A stretch of DNA of 45,325 nucleotides from a virus (taxonomy: Duplodnaviria > Caudoviricetes). The position numbers and the translations under genes were made by a program. How positions within the stretch are numbered: the stretch's first letter is position 1; every line of letters starts with the position of its first letter. Of this stretch, positions 20,279 through 29,472 are shown one piece after another. Below the pieces are notes generated by a model that saw nothing but the letters and a program-made list of their open reading frames with translations, was not told where the DNA came from and searched no databases. The DNA lies in IMG/VR virus record IMGVR_UViG_3300017978_000078, positions 1-45,325 of that record; one strand, given 5' to 3'.

Positions 20279-23265
20279 TAGAAAGTACCTCCAGAAATGC
20301 CGCTTGTTGCGGTCACAGTCGTAAATCTGCCAGTTGACGCAGTTGTTGCGCCAACAGTCGCGCCATCAATCGCACCGCCCGTAATTGCCACAGAGCTGGC
20401 GTTTTGCGTCGACATCGTACCCAAACCAGTGATGGCTGTGTTGGGGATTGTCGTTGAGGCGGTCATCGTGCTCGTGCCGTTGCCGTACACGTAGCCAGTG
20501 AGCGTCGTGGCCCCCGTTCCGCCGTTTGCGGGGACCAAAGTCCCACCGAGGGTCAGAGTGCCGGAAACGGTGATCGGGCCACCAGAGAGCGTCAAACCAG
20601 TTGTGCCGCCAGATCCATCCACGCTGGTCACAGTGCCACCAGCCGCAGGGGTTGCGTTGATGGTGATGCCGCCAGAAGAGTTTGTGATCGAGACGTTCGT
20701 ACCGGCGGTCAAAGTAGCAAGGGTGTACCCAGTGCCGTTACCGATTGCCAGTTGGCCGTTCGATGGGGTCCCAGTTAAACCTGTACCGCCATAAGCCACG
20801 CCGATTGGTGTTGCATTCCAAGTTCCGGAGGTCAAAGTTCCGACAGCAGTGATGCCGGTGTAAGAACCGCTCAAACGGCCCGTAGGCAGCGTTCCGGAGG
20901 TGATGTTGGTGGCATCGGTAGTATCTGTCGTTGCAGAGGCTGCAAGGCCCGATACAGCCCCGGCAGCGATGGCAATCGAGGTGTTGGTGACGGATGTCAG
21001 TTGGCCCTGAGCGTTGACGGCAAAAACGGGAACCTGCGAGGCAGATCCGTAGGTTGCAGCAGAGACGCCAGAGTTCGACAAAGCAATCGTGACTGCGGAA
21101 GAGCCATCGTAGCTCGTGCCACTCAAACCAGTTCCGATGGTCAAAGCATTTGGGTTGACCGCCGTAACAGTCGCTGAGCCACCCAAAGAGATGGATGTTC
21201 CGTTGACCGTGACTGCGCTGTTTTGCAACTGAGCATTTGTAACCGCGCCAGTGGTGATCTGGTTTGCGTCAATCGCAATCGCTGTGTTGCTGGCGCTGGT
21301 CACCTGACCCTGAGCGTTGATCGCCAAAGTGGGTACGCTCGATGCGGTTCCGTAGCTGGCCGCTGTCACACCAGTGTTGGTGATGCTGAACTGCGTACCA
21401 GACAAGGTCAGGCCAGTGCCTGCGCTGTAGATCTGAGCCGAAGAGATCTGGGCAAAAGTGATGGCTGTCGTGCCGAATGTGATGACGCCAGAGGTGTTGC
21501 AGGTGTAGGTCTCACCCGCGCCAGTCGCGCCCTCTTGAACGAAAACCGTAGAGCCTTCGCTCAGGCCGTCGGCGCTGTTGATGACGTAGCTGTCTGCGTC
21601 CGTTGCCCGGGTCAACACCCAGTTTGTGGAGCCGGAACCGACGTCCGTCACTGTGTAGATGCCGTTTTGGGTTTGGGTGGTCTGCTGATAAATAAGAACC
21701 CGGTCGTTGACACTCACCGTAACACCGTCAATCACCAGTGCGGCCTGCGTGCCTGCATTGGTCAGCGTAGCGCCAACACCGGCCGTACCGTTGTTGTAGG
21801 TCGCGTTCAGGTTAATGGGAGACTCGACACGCACGGGCTGGTGGAAGTGAATGCCACTTGCCACGAGTCCGTCGACGTAGGTCTTGTTGACGATGTCGTT
21901 TGCGTTGACAGGCGTTGTGCTGATCGTGCCTGTGGAAGTCGCAACAGAAGTAAATGTTCCAGCCGCAGCGGTAGAAGCGCCGATGGTTGTTCCGTTGATG
22001 GAGCCGCCAGTAACAGCCACGTTGTTGGCGTTCTGGGTCGACATTGTGCCAAGGCCAGAAACCTGAGTGTTGGCGATGGCGATGTTGGTCTCGGCAAGAG
22101 CGGAAAGCTGACCTCGGCTGTTAACCGTTGCAGTCAGGGTCTTGCTTGCGCCGCCATACGAGCCAGCGGTCACACCGGTGTCGTTGATGGCAATCGTGAC
22201 GGGCGCAGAGCCGTTGTAACTGGTTCCACTCAAGCCGCCGTCAATGGTCAGCGGGTTTGGGGCTGCTGCGGTAATAGTCCCGGAGCCGCCAAGGGAGATG
22301 GAAGTTCCGTTGACAGTCAGTGAGCTGTTTGCCAACTGGGCGTTGCTGATCGTGCCACTCAAGTCCGACGTTGGAATTGTTGTGCTGGCGGTCAGGGGTG
22401 TTGTGCCGCCGCCTTTGACATAACCTGTCAAAGAGTTCGCGCCCGTACCGCCGTTTGCGACATTCAGAATGCCGCCAAGTGTTATGGCTCCAGTTGCTGG
22501 GGAAGACGGAGTAAGACCCGTCCCCCCGGCGCTAAAAGTGCCAACACCAGCACCAAGCGAGAAAGACAGCCAGCCTGAGCCGTCATAACCGTCAAATGTG
22601 TTGGTCGTAGTGTTAAATCGGAACTGGCCGGGAGCGCCCACCGGCTGCTCGGCGTTTGACCCCGAAGGGATCGTCATGGCCGCTGTGCCGGGCAGAACCA
22701 CGTTATTGGCGATGCTGATCGTTGGATCTCCGCCGCCGTTGCCATTCGCAACACTGATCTGGTCTGTAGTGCCAGCAATCTGACGGCCAGCAATAGTTGC
22801 CCCACCAACGATTGCCAGCATACCTGTGCCGCCCATGTTGGCGATAGCCGCTGCAATACCTGTCAGTTGAAAGGTGGGGTTGCCACCAGTTCCGTCACCG
22901 TTGGACACACTGATGCCAGCGCCAGATGTCGACAAAGTCCTTGCGACAACGGTGGTTGAGCTGTTCTTGACGATAACGCCAGAACCAGCAGCCTCAAGGC
23001 TTCCAGATGTTCCGTTCAGCGAGATCCGATAGAACGACGTGGCCCCGCCATCCGTAAGCCCCAGACCCGTGTCGGTAGACAGGTAACGGCTGTTGGGCAG
23101 CGTCAGCTCCTGATCTTTAGTCAGGAAGGTCTGGTTCTGCGAAGGGCTGGCCGAGATTGCAGCGGTCGTGGTCTTGTACGTGCCACCGTTTTGGACGATG
23201 GGTACAAGCTCCGTGCCGGTTATGGGGCCTGCGTCTGGCAGTTGGGTGATGGTTTGATTTGCCAT
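20278..23265 (-). CDS. Long tail fibre protein
   Basis: 995 aa Thr/Gly/Ser-rich; ITQLPDA N-terminus; DRVLIYQQTTQTQNGIYTV..WVLTRATDAD domain; internal repeats. Confidence 0.8.
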   Translation of the reverse strand: MANQTITQLPDAGPITGTELVPIVQNGGTYKTTTAAISASPSQNQTFLTKDQELTLPNSRYLSTDTGLGLTDGGATSFYRISLNGTSGSLEAAGSGVIVKNSSTTVVARTLSTSGAGISVSNGDGTGGNPTFQLTGIAAAIANMGGTGMLAIVGGATIAGRQIAGTTDQISVANGNGGGDPTISIANNVVLPGTAAMTIPSGSNAEQPVGAPGQFRFNTTTNTFDGYDGSGWLSFSLGAGVGTFSAGGTGLTPSSPATGAITLGGILNVANGGTGANSLTGYVKGGGTTPLTASTTIPTSDLSGTISNAQLANSSLTVNGTSISLGGSGTITAAAPNPLTIDGGLSGTSYNGSAPVTIAINDTGVTAGSYGGASKTLTATVNSRGQLSALAETNIAIANTQVSGLGTMSTQNANNVAVTGGSINGTTIGASTAAAGTFTSVATSTGTISTTPVNANDIVNKTYVDGLVASGIHFHQPVRVESPINLNATYNNGTAGVGATLTNAGTQAALVIDGVTVSVNDRVLIYQQTTQTQNGIYTVTDVGSGSTNWVLTRATDADSYVINSADGLSEGSTVFVQEGATGAGETYTCNTSGVITFGTTAITFAQISSAQIYSAGTGLTLSGTQFSITNTGVTAASYGTASSVPTLAINAQGQVTSASNTAIAIDANQITTGAVTNAQLQNSAVTVNGTSISLGGSATVTAVNPNALTIGTGLSGTSYDGSSAVTIALSNSGVSAATYGSASQVPVFAVNAQGQLTSVTNTSIAIAAGAVSGLAASATTDTTDATNITSGTLPTGRLSGSYTGITAVGTLTSGTWNATPIGVAYGGTGLTGTPSNGQLAIGNGTGYTLATLTAGTNVSITNSSGGITINATPAAGGTVTSVDGSGGTTGLTLSGGPITVSGTLTLGGTLVPANGGTGATTLTGYVYGNGTSTMTASTTIPNTAITGLGTMSTQNASSVAITGGAIDGATVGATTASTGRFTTVTATSGISGGTF

Positions 23266-23606
23266 TATGGTGTCACCGATATTCCGTCAAGGTTGCCGTT
23301 GTTCTCGGGGTCTTGGGTGTTGCCCTCGGTCGAGATGATGTAGTTCCCCTGATTGTCCGTCACAAGATTGTTCGGATCAACAGCCACGGACACGTCCGGG
23401 CGAGGAAAGCGCAGGTTGATGCGCTCGGTCTTGCGTGCAGGCAAGCGGTATGGGTCTTTTTGGTCGGCACATCCCTGCTGGCAGACGCGCAACCCCGGGA
23501 AGTTGGGGTCGGGCATCTGCTCGTCCATGGCTCTCTTCATTCTGCACCTGTCGCAGATAAAGATCGCCAGCGAGGCGTTTCCGATGGTGTCAAGGAACAT
23601 GCCCAT
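23265..23606 (-). CDS. Small Cys-rich hypothetical virion protein
   Basis: ICDRCRMKR..LRVCQQGCADQKDPY..FPRPD; likely start ATG at 23606 overlapping the endonuclease stop (TAATG). Confidence 0.7.
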   Translation of the reverse strand: MGMFLDTIGNASLAIFICDRCRMKRAMDEQMPDPNFPGLRVCQQGCADQKDPYRLPARKTERINLRFPRPDVSVAVDPNNLVTDNQGNYIISTEGNTQDPENNGNLDGISVTP

Positions 23607-24244
23607 TACAACCACCTGCATTCAATGATGTTGGCGTACTTCCCGGTGTGTTTGACCTCGGGGTTGTTCAGCCAGCGATAGAGGGTTCCATGGCGTATTT
23701 CAAGCATTCTGGAGGCCTCCATCAGTGATTTGTACTCGACGCCATTGATCACGCAGGGGCGCGTTGGGTGACAGTTGCGCAAGGACTCAACATGCTCGGC
23801 TGATAATTTTTTGCCAAGCAACGCAAGACTTTTGCGCCTCTTGACGTCTGGGCGACTCATGGCAGCTAGAAGCGCCTCCCGCTGCTTTATGCGAGTTTCG
23901 GGGTTGCTCATGGGGTTGCGCTCAAGCATCATTTGAGTCTTGAAGGCCTTGTGTTCAGCGGTATGCCGAAATCCGGTAGACCCAAGACCGCCTTCAGCTA
24001 TGTTTACCAGCGGGATTCCCATTTTTTTGATGGTGTCGATCAAAAAGATCTCGTGATCAAAGGCCTCTTGCTCGGTCTTCCAGCGGCCAAGAATTTCAAC
24101 TTTGAAGCCACCATGTTTTTCAACGGTGCGTTTCCACACGACGTTACGCCCAGACGCACTGTGAGCGCGACTAACACTGCCCTTGCCAATGTAAAACATC
24201 GAGCCATCGGGTTTGTAATGAGCGTATGTTGTGTGAAACTGCAT
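23606..24244 (-). CDS. Free-standing GIY-YIG family homing endonuclease
   Basis: TYAHYKPDGSMFYIGKG..R..EAFDHE..LVNIAEGGLG catalytic module; HT/KLSAEH (NUMOD3-like) and YKSLMEASRML (HTH) DNA-binding modules. Confidence 0.85.
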   Translation of the reverse strand: MQFHTTYAHYKPDGSMFYIGKGSVSRAHSASGRNVVWKRTVEKHGGFKVEILGRWKTEQEAFDHEIFLIDTIKKMGIPLVNIAEGGLGSTGFRHTAEHKAFKTQMMLERNPMSNPETRIKQREALLAAMSRPDVKRRKSLALLGKKLSAEHVESLRNCHPTRPCVINGVEYKSLMEASRMLEIRHGTLYRWLNNPEVKHTGKYANIIECRWL

Positions 24245-24249
24245 ACTAA

Positions 24250-25320
24250 TTACCTAGTATATACCCCTATGTTGGGCGCGAAGTACACAGGCGAACGGTC
24301 GCGTTCTTCTGCCTCAGCCAAGGCCAGATACTTCTCTGCCTGCGCCTCAAGGTAGGTGATGCGGTCCATGGGGACCTGTGGAAGCTCCATAGCCATTTGG
24401 TGGGCCAGCATGTTGATCACGGCCAGATACCATCGCTGCGGGATCTGCAATTCGTTGGTCAAATCGCCCACGTTCATGACCTGCTTGCTGTACCAGACCG
24501 TCATTTGGACGAACGGGTCGCTTGGAGTGGGCCACAAGTAGATTTCGGGGTTCGGAACCGTGCGGTTGAACCAGAACTGGTAGGGCTGGTTGGCCGTGAA
24601 GTTCTTATTGGGCAAATTTGTGTAGTCGTCGCGGTTCAGGCGAGACATTGTGATCTCGCGGCTGTTGTTTCCGACGTAAAACTCACGCAAAGCGAGGGTC
24701 GAGCCACCGGAAATCCGCACTCGGTAGTATTGGACGCTCTGACCGGGATCAATGTCGGTCCAAATCCACACTTTGTCGGTCACAACCACGGTTCCGAGGT
24801 CGTTCAGGGTGTTCCAAGTGATGCCATCGACGGAATATTCGAGGATCAGGGTCCAAGTTGCGCTGCCACCGCCAGCAACGTAAGGCATAAGGCCAATCGA
24901 GCCAGCATAAATCGGGTTGTCAGTGCCAAAATTGATCGAAATGTTGCCGTTTGGCGTGGTCTGCTGGCAGAAGGTGTTGATGTCATTGTCGCCAACCAGT
25001 GCAACTGTGCCCCCGGCGCTCGTTGTATAGCTGCCAGAGGGGCGGTTCATGGTCCGATACAGGGCGTTCAGGACGTCATTTGACCCTGTGGGCAGGGTAT
25101 AGATGTATTTGTCCGTCGTGAGGCCAATAACTTCCTTCTCGATGGCCCAATACTGGATGCCGATGTTGATCAGGTTGCTCATCACGAAGCCCAAAGACTC
25201 CCGGGCGCTCAGGAGCTGCTCAGAAGTCAACTCCTCGGCCAACTTGCCGCAGCGGCGTGCGCCGTGATCGATAAGAGTTTGTACTTGGTAAACCTGACCG
25301 TAGGTATCCGAATAAGCCAT
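24250..25320 (-). CDS. Putative head-tail connector/adaptor with an inserted beta-sandwich domain
   Basis: LIDHGARRCG..SARESL..QYW N-terminus; SRLNRDDYTNLPNK..PYQFWF..YLWPTP..IPQRW; central YSVDGITW..YYRVRI discoidin-like insert. Confidence 0.55.
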   Translation of the reverse strand: MAYSDTYGQVYQVQTLIDHGARRCGKLAEELTSEQLLSARESLGFVMSNLINIGIQYWAIEKEVIGLTTDKYIYTLPTGSNDVLNALYRTMNRPSGSYTTSAGGTVALVGDNDINTFCQQTTPNGNISINFGTDNPIYAGSIGLMPYVAGGGSATWTLILEYSVDGITWNTLNDLGTVVVTDKVWIWTDIDPGQSVQYYRVRISGGSTLALREFYVGNNSREITMSRLNRDDYTNLPNKNFTANQPYQFWFNRTVPNPEIYLWPTPSDPFVQMTVWYSKQVMNVGDLTNELQIPQRWYLAVINMLAHQMAMELPQVPMDRITYLEAQAEKYLALAEAEERDRSPVYFAPNIGVYTR

Positions 25321-25329
25321 GATGATCCT

Positions 25330-25878
25330 TTACCAGCCGGGGCAGTTCCAACGCTTCATGGAAGCCCGTGATCTGCTGCCCTTTTCGCTTTTCTCTGCCA
25401 CAGGCCCCATTCTGGCGCAGAAAGCATCCCTGCGGGGGCCTCCTTGGGGCTGTGGAGCCTTCAAATTTGACCCGGTTTCCCGGTTGTACTTCTCGCGTCC
25501 TTTGGCCGTCAAGCCAGCGCCACGCTCCACAGGCATTTTCTCACCACGGCCGACAGCCAAGCTCGGGCCACCTTTTGCCATCTTGGCGGTTTTGGCCGAC
25601 TCTTTAAAGGCTTTGGCCGTTGGAGCGCCAGCAGATCCGGGCTTGCGCATTTTCTCGCCAGAACCCTCGGCAATCCGCTCACGCTTGGCGTGGATGTTGG
25701 CGTAGAGGCCACCGCCAGCAGCCATCTTCTCGGGCAGTTTGCCGTAAGCCTTCTTACCCTTGTTGGCGTCGGTGAACTCAGCGGCCACGTCAGGACGAAT
25801 CCCCACCTTCTTGGCGAACTTGGGGTTGTTCTCCGCTGCCTTCATCAGGCGGAACTGGGCTTGGCTTTTGGCTGGCAT
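25330..25878 (-). CDS. Basic tripartite protein: three small modules joined by MAxGG linkers
   Basis: MPAKSQAQFRLM..LPEK-MAAGG-GLYANIHAKRERI..KTAK-MAKGG-..GLTAKGREKYN..RRDAFCARM..RWNC. Confidence 0.75.
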   Translation of the reverse strand: MPAKSQAQFRLMKAAENNPKFAKKVGIRPDVAAEFTDANKGKKAYGKLPEKMAAGGGLYANIHAKRERIAEGSGEKMRKPGSAGAPTAKAFKESAKTAKMAKGGPSLAVGRGEKMPVERGAGLTAKGREKYNRETGSNLKAPQPQGGPRRDAFCARMGPVAEKSEKGSRSRASMKRWNCPGW

Positions 25879-26661
25879 TTAAGGCCCCTCTTTGACAAGA
25901 ACCAAAATGAACATCGACGAGCAGGCGTTGTTGTTGGAGCTGCCAATGGCAGTCGCTTCAATCGTGGTCTTCGCAGGCACAGCCAATGGGTACTCGAACA
26001 CGTAGTTCGCCACACCGTTGTTGAGCGTGGTAATCGCAGCAGTCATCCGAATGTTGTTGGGTCCTCTGGTCAAAAGTCGACCTTGAACCTGATTGGAGCC
26101 ACCGGCCTGACCCGAAGAGAACAAACCCTGCGAGACGTAAGCGGTGTAACCCGCAGGAACCGTGTAGCTTCCTGTGGTCGTGTTGTTGTAGTCGAACTTG
26201 ATGATGTCGTACGTGGTCGCAGGGACACCCGCAGTCACCGTGCCTGTGCCAATGTAGATGTCACCAGCCGCGCTGTTGCCAGAGCCTGCTGTCGCCACGT
26301 AGGCGTAGTTCACGCGAAGCAGGGCAGCAGTCATGGTCACGGCTGTTTGGCCGTTCATGGTGACCGTCTCGGTGACCTCGTTGTAATTGGCGTCAAGACC
26401 CTGCACGACAATCGTCCGAGCGCCAGTTCCTGCGCTTGTGTCGTCTGCGCTTGTTGAGCTGACAGTCATCTGGAGCGCAGCAGCCGGAAATGAAATCAGG
26501 CTGGGCAGAGGCCATATCGACACTTGAGTCGTGTCAACGTCAGGGTTGAAGCCAAACACCGTCACATTCCTGTGACCTTGAATTTGTCCGCGAGATACTT
26601 GAAGCTCAAAAGGCTCGTAAGCACCTTGGCGAGTGACGGAGGAGATGATGGTTGCCATCAT
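25879..26661 (-). CDS. Hypothetical structural protein
   Basis: VFGFNPDVD, VSSTSADD..GTGARTIVVQGLDANYNEVTE, YTVPAGYT motifs; in the structural operon. Confidence 0.65.
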   Translation of the reverse strand: MMATIISSVTRQGAYEPFELQVSRGQIQGHRNVTVFGFNPDVDTTQVSIWPLPSLISFPAAALQMTVSSTSADDTSAGTGARTIVVQGLDANYNEVTETVTMNGQTAVTMTAALLRVNYAYVATAGSGNSAAGDIYIGTGTVTAGVPATTYDIIKFDYNNTTTGSYTVPAGYTAYVSQGLFSSGQAGGSNQVQGRLLTRGPNNIRMTAAITTLNNGVANYVFEYPLAVPAKTTIEATAIGSSNNNACSSMFILVLVKEGP

Positions 26662-26963
26662 GCAATCCCAGCTTGAACCACGTTCAGGGTGATCGTGCCG
26701 GTTCCAGAGTTGACCAGCGCCTTGATGCCCGTGATCGGGAACAGGATAGAGCCGTCTTCGTTGCCAGTCTTGCTGGTGATCGAGACGTCATCGAACCATG
26801 TCGTAAAACCGACAGCCGGGTCGTCGTAGCTGAACTGGATCGAGTAGTTGATCGTGCCAGAAACGACAGCCGCAAAACCAATGTTGACGGGCGTGACGTT
26901 GGTGTTGATCACCACAGCAGCAGTTGAACCCACGCCGGTCCGAGAAACAGTTTGGACTCTCAT
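26658..26963 (-). CDS. Small hypothetical structural protein
   Basis: 101-aa beta-rich ORF with GAGG RBS, after a terminator hairpin. Confidence 0.7.
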   Translation of the reverse strand: MRVQTVSRTGVGSTAAVVINTNVTPVNIGFAAVVSGTINYSIQFSYDDPAVGFTTWFDDVSITSKTGNEDGSILFPITGIKALVNSGTGTITLNVVQAGIA

Positions 26964-26974
26964 TTTTCTTCCTC

Positions 26975-27002
26975 AAATAAAAGCGGGGGCCGAAGCCCCC
27001 AC
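26975..27002 (-). terminator. Rho-independent terminator (UUCG tetraloop)
   Basis: Minus strand GTGGGGGC-TTCG-GCCCCCGC-TTTTATTT. Confidence 0.85.
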
Positions 27003-27007
27003 TCGGT

Positions 27008-28033
27008 TCAGCACTTTACCGATCCACCACGCTTTTTGGCTGGGGTAACCGTTACAGACTTTTCAGTCTCGGTCACGCTACCTGCTTTGGGCGCTGAGTC
27101 CATGCCGACCAACTTCTTGGCTCCACGGAACAAACGTCCGGGGATGTCACGAATGGTCTTAGCCATGTCCATGTCTTCCTTGGAGGGGCCAATGCTCTCG
27201 TTGTAAGCCTTTTCCAAGGCTTTCTGAGATGCACCACCAGCTGCCATTTTCGGACCATACTTCTCGTTGGAGTAGGCTTTCGCCTGCTTCATTGCAGTAG
27301 CATTCTCAGCCTTGAAGTTAGCTTGCAGCTTCTTCTCGGCTGGAGTCACGCTGCCACCTTTTTTGAAAGTGCCAGATTGACGGTCGTTAGACACGGGTTT
27401 GGACGCAGGTTTCTTGGGCATCGCTACGGCGTGGCCGCTGTTATTAACAGCTCCCCCCGTAGCGTAGGCTTTTTTTGCGGAGCCACCTTTCTTGTAGCCA
27501 CCAGCGTTGCCCAGCTTCACTTCGCCTGTAGGCGCAGAGTTGTGGTCAACCTTGGCGGTGTCCATTTTGGTTTTTGCATAGCCCTTAGCACCTTTTTCAG
27601 ATGCGCTCACAGGGATGATGCCGCTCTTAGCAATAGCGCCGCCCTTTTTGAAGCCGCCTTGGCCGTTCACAACACCACCAGTGGCGTAGTTACCGGGCTT
27701 GGGAGACTTCATAACGCCACCAGTTTTCAGACCCTTGTGGGCCTTGCTGGCGGGTTTGTCGGCGTGGGCCTTCAGTGCGTCCATAGCACCACCTTCGGCC
27801 ATCATGGGGCGACCCATCATGGCTTTGCGGCGGGAAGCCATCGAAGGCTTGGCAGGACGTGCGGCAGGAGCCATACCGCCACGAGCGCCGGGAGCCGGAG
27901 CCTGTGACAGAGCGCTCATGACGCCACCGTTCATCATCTTCTTGGGAGAAGAGACGGAGCCACCTTTTTTGAGCTTCAATTCGATTGAAGGCTCGGTGGT
28001 TTCCATCTTCACCATTGGTTTGAATTGACCCAT
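27008..28033 (-). CDS. Lys/Ala/Gly-rich protein with 11 xxxGG repeats (putative core polyprotein)
   Basis: LKKGG, MMNGG, MAEGG, LKTGG, YATGG, FKKGG, YKKGG, YATGG, FKKGG, MAAGG, KKRGG separated by short basic spacers; GGAG RBS. Confidence 0.75.
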   Translation of the reverse strand: MGQFKPMVKMETTEPSIELKLKKGGSVSSPKKMMNGGVMSALSQAPAPGARGGMAPAARPAKPSMASRRKAMMGRPMMAEGGAMDALKAHADKPASKAHKGLKTGGVMKSPKPGNYATGGVVNGQGGFKKGGAIAKSGIIPVSASEKGAKGYAKTKMDTAKVDHNSAPTGEVKLGNAGGYKKGGSAKKAYATGGAVNNSGHAVAMPKKPASKPVSNDRQSGTFKKGGSVTPAEKKLQANFKAENATAMKQAKAYSNEKYGPKMAAGGASQKALEKAYNESIGPSKEDMDMAKTIRDIPGRLFRGAKKLVGMDSAPKAGSVTETEKSVTVTPAKKRGGSVKC

Positions 28034-28045
28034 GATGTGCTCTCC

Positions 28046-28495
28046 TTAGACTTTCTGAGCGTAAACCACTGTCAAGCGGTAAACACCCTGCGTTGTGGAG
28101 ATAGTGCCGTTTGGATCAGCAGTGATGACAACGCTCTGGTTCGTGCCGACATCAGCCATTGCAGCCACTTGGGCAGCAGTGAAGGCCAACGCAATACGAC
28201 CGCCAGCGATGGCGTCAGTTGCGGACAAATACTGTGTACCAGCAGCAGCAGTGCCGATGGTCACAGGAACGGTAGTTGCAGTGCCGCCACCGGGCACAGC
28301 CACCACAGTACCGTCGACGATGAGGTCGATGATCTGCGAGTACGCTGGGATGGTGATGGTTGCGCTTGTAGCAGTGCCTGCGGCGATGGTTGTCACGGTG
28401 GTGGTCTGTGACATGACGACGAAGCCGCCATCCACAGTGTCAGTCAACGTGCCAGAGCCTGCGCGGAGGGTAGAACCAAAGTAGGTTTGTGCCAT
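28046..28495 (-). CDS. Putative minor capsid/decoration protein
   Basis: Directly after the major capsid gene with a strong AAGGAG RBS; ITIPAYSQIIDL..RLTVVY beta-rich. Confidence 0.6.
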   Translation of the reverse strand: MAQTYFGSTLRAGSGTLTDTVDGGFVVMSQTTTVTTIAAGTATSATITIPAYSQIIDLIVDGTVVAVPGGGTATTVPVTIGTAAAGTQYLSATDAIAGGRIALAFTAAQVAAMADVGTNQSVVITADPNGTISTTQGVYRLTVVYAQKV

Positions 28496-28507
28496 TGTCT
28501 TTTCTCC

Positions 28508-28536
28508 TTAAAGCGCAGGGGCCGAAGCCCCCGCTT
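28508..28536 (-). terminator. Terminator/attenuator hairpin after the major capsid gene
   Basis: Minus strand GCGGGGGC-TTCG-GCCCCTGCGC-TTT; short U tract. Confidence 0.7.
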
Positions 28537-28540
28537 AGAT

Positions 28541-29458
28541 TTAGACGCCGGGTGTACCGTACATCGCACGTGGATCAGTGAAGCCCACGTCGTAACGCTC
28601 GGTTGCCTTGTAGCGCATGGTGTCGGTTTCGAAATCACCTTCCATGGTCTTCTCAAGACGACGACGCATCATCAGCTTCATGCCTTCTGGAGCATCGGTC
28701 TGCACCCACCATGCGGTGGGGCTGGTCAGACGCGAAATAACGGCAGCACCTTCGTCCAGCAAGCCAATAGACTTGACGGGGTTGATGTCGTTGTTTGCGT
28801 TGCCTGCACGCAGAACGGACTTCAGCAGCACTTCGGCTTGGAAGACGTTGCCGGGAGCCACGACGAGTTGACGTGGGACCAGACGGATCTTCTTGCCGTT
28901 GTTGTCCACAGCCTGACGGATCTGGATCAACATCTGTTCCAGAGAAGTCTGGGACAGGTTGGCGGAAGTAGCCAACAGGTTGCTGAAAGTACCATTCACG
29001 ATGGGGTGGCTGGCGCTGTTCAAGGCCACACCGTCACCACCGGCGTACTGACCGCCAGTGAAGGCGTTGTTCAGCACGTTAGCGGCCAGAGTTTCCTTGG
29101 TCTCGATCAGGGACTGAGCGAGGTGACGAGCGTAGACCTGACCGATACGGATATGGTCGCCGTCTTCAACCAGAACTTTGGTCAAAGCGAAGGCCAAGCC
29201 GAACACGTCATAGACGTAACGCTTCAGGAACAACACACCACCTTGTTGGTACGTCACAGGAGTGCCGTCAGGCATCTGTGGAGCAGCACCGAAACCGTAC
29301 AGGACGGGTTCTTCGTGGTAGTTGCGTGGAATGCCTTCTTGTTCGCGGAAAACGCGAGACCATTCATCGGCACGTTGATCGTAAACGCCGTCGAAGCACT
29401 CGTTCAGAATGGGTTCGACGATGGAACGAAAGTCGGTACTGCGCATTGGAGCGGCCAT
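28541..29458 (-). CDS. Major capsid protein (HK97 fold, Mu gpT-like family)
   Basis: EEPVLYGFGAAP..YQQG, GGDGVALNSASHP, PRQLVVAP, DFETDTMRYKATERYDVGFTDPRAMYGTPG; GGAGG RBS; followed by a hairpin. Confidence 0.9.
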   Translation of the reverse strand: MAAPMRSTDFRSIVEPILNECFDGVYDQRADEWSRVFREQEGIPRNYHEEPVLYGFGAAPQMPDGTPVTYQQGGVLFLKRYVYDVFGLAFALTKVLVEDGDHIRIGQVYARHLAQSLIETKETLAANVLNNAFTGGQYAGGDGVALNSASHPIVNGTFSNLLATSANLSQTSLEQMLIQIRQAVDNNGKKIRLVPRQLVVAPGNVFQAEVLLKSVLRAGNANNDINPVKSIGLLDEGAAVISRLTSPTAWWVQTDAPEGMKLMMRRRLEKTMEGDFETDTMRYKATERYDVGFTDPRAMYGTPGV

Positions 29459-29472
29459 GGTTCACTCCCTCC

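Noticed and set aside
17103-23265. Diversity-generating retroelement acting on the tail fibres
   Set aside because: No reverse transcriptase gene and no adenine-specific TR/VR repeat pair seen in the window
23606-23640. Relic of the adaptor C-terminus at the end of the GIY-YIG ORF (YANI vs FAPNI)
   Set aside because: Similarity too short to distinguish from chance
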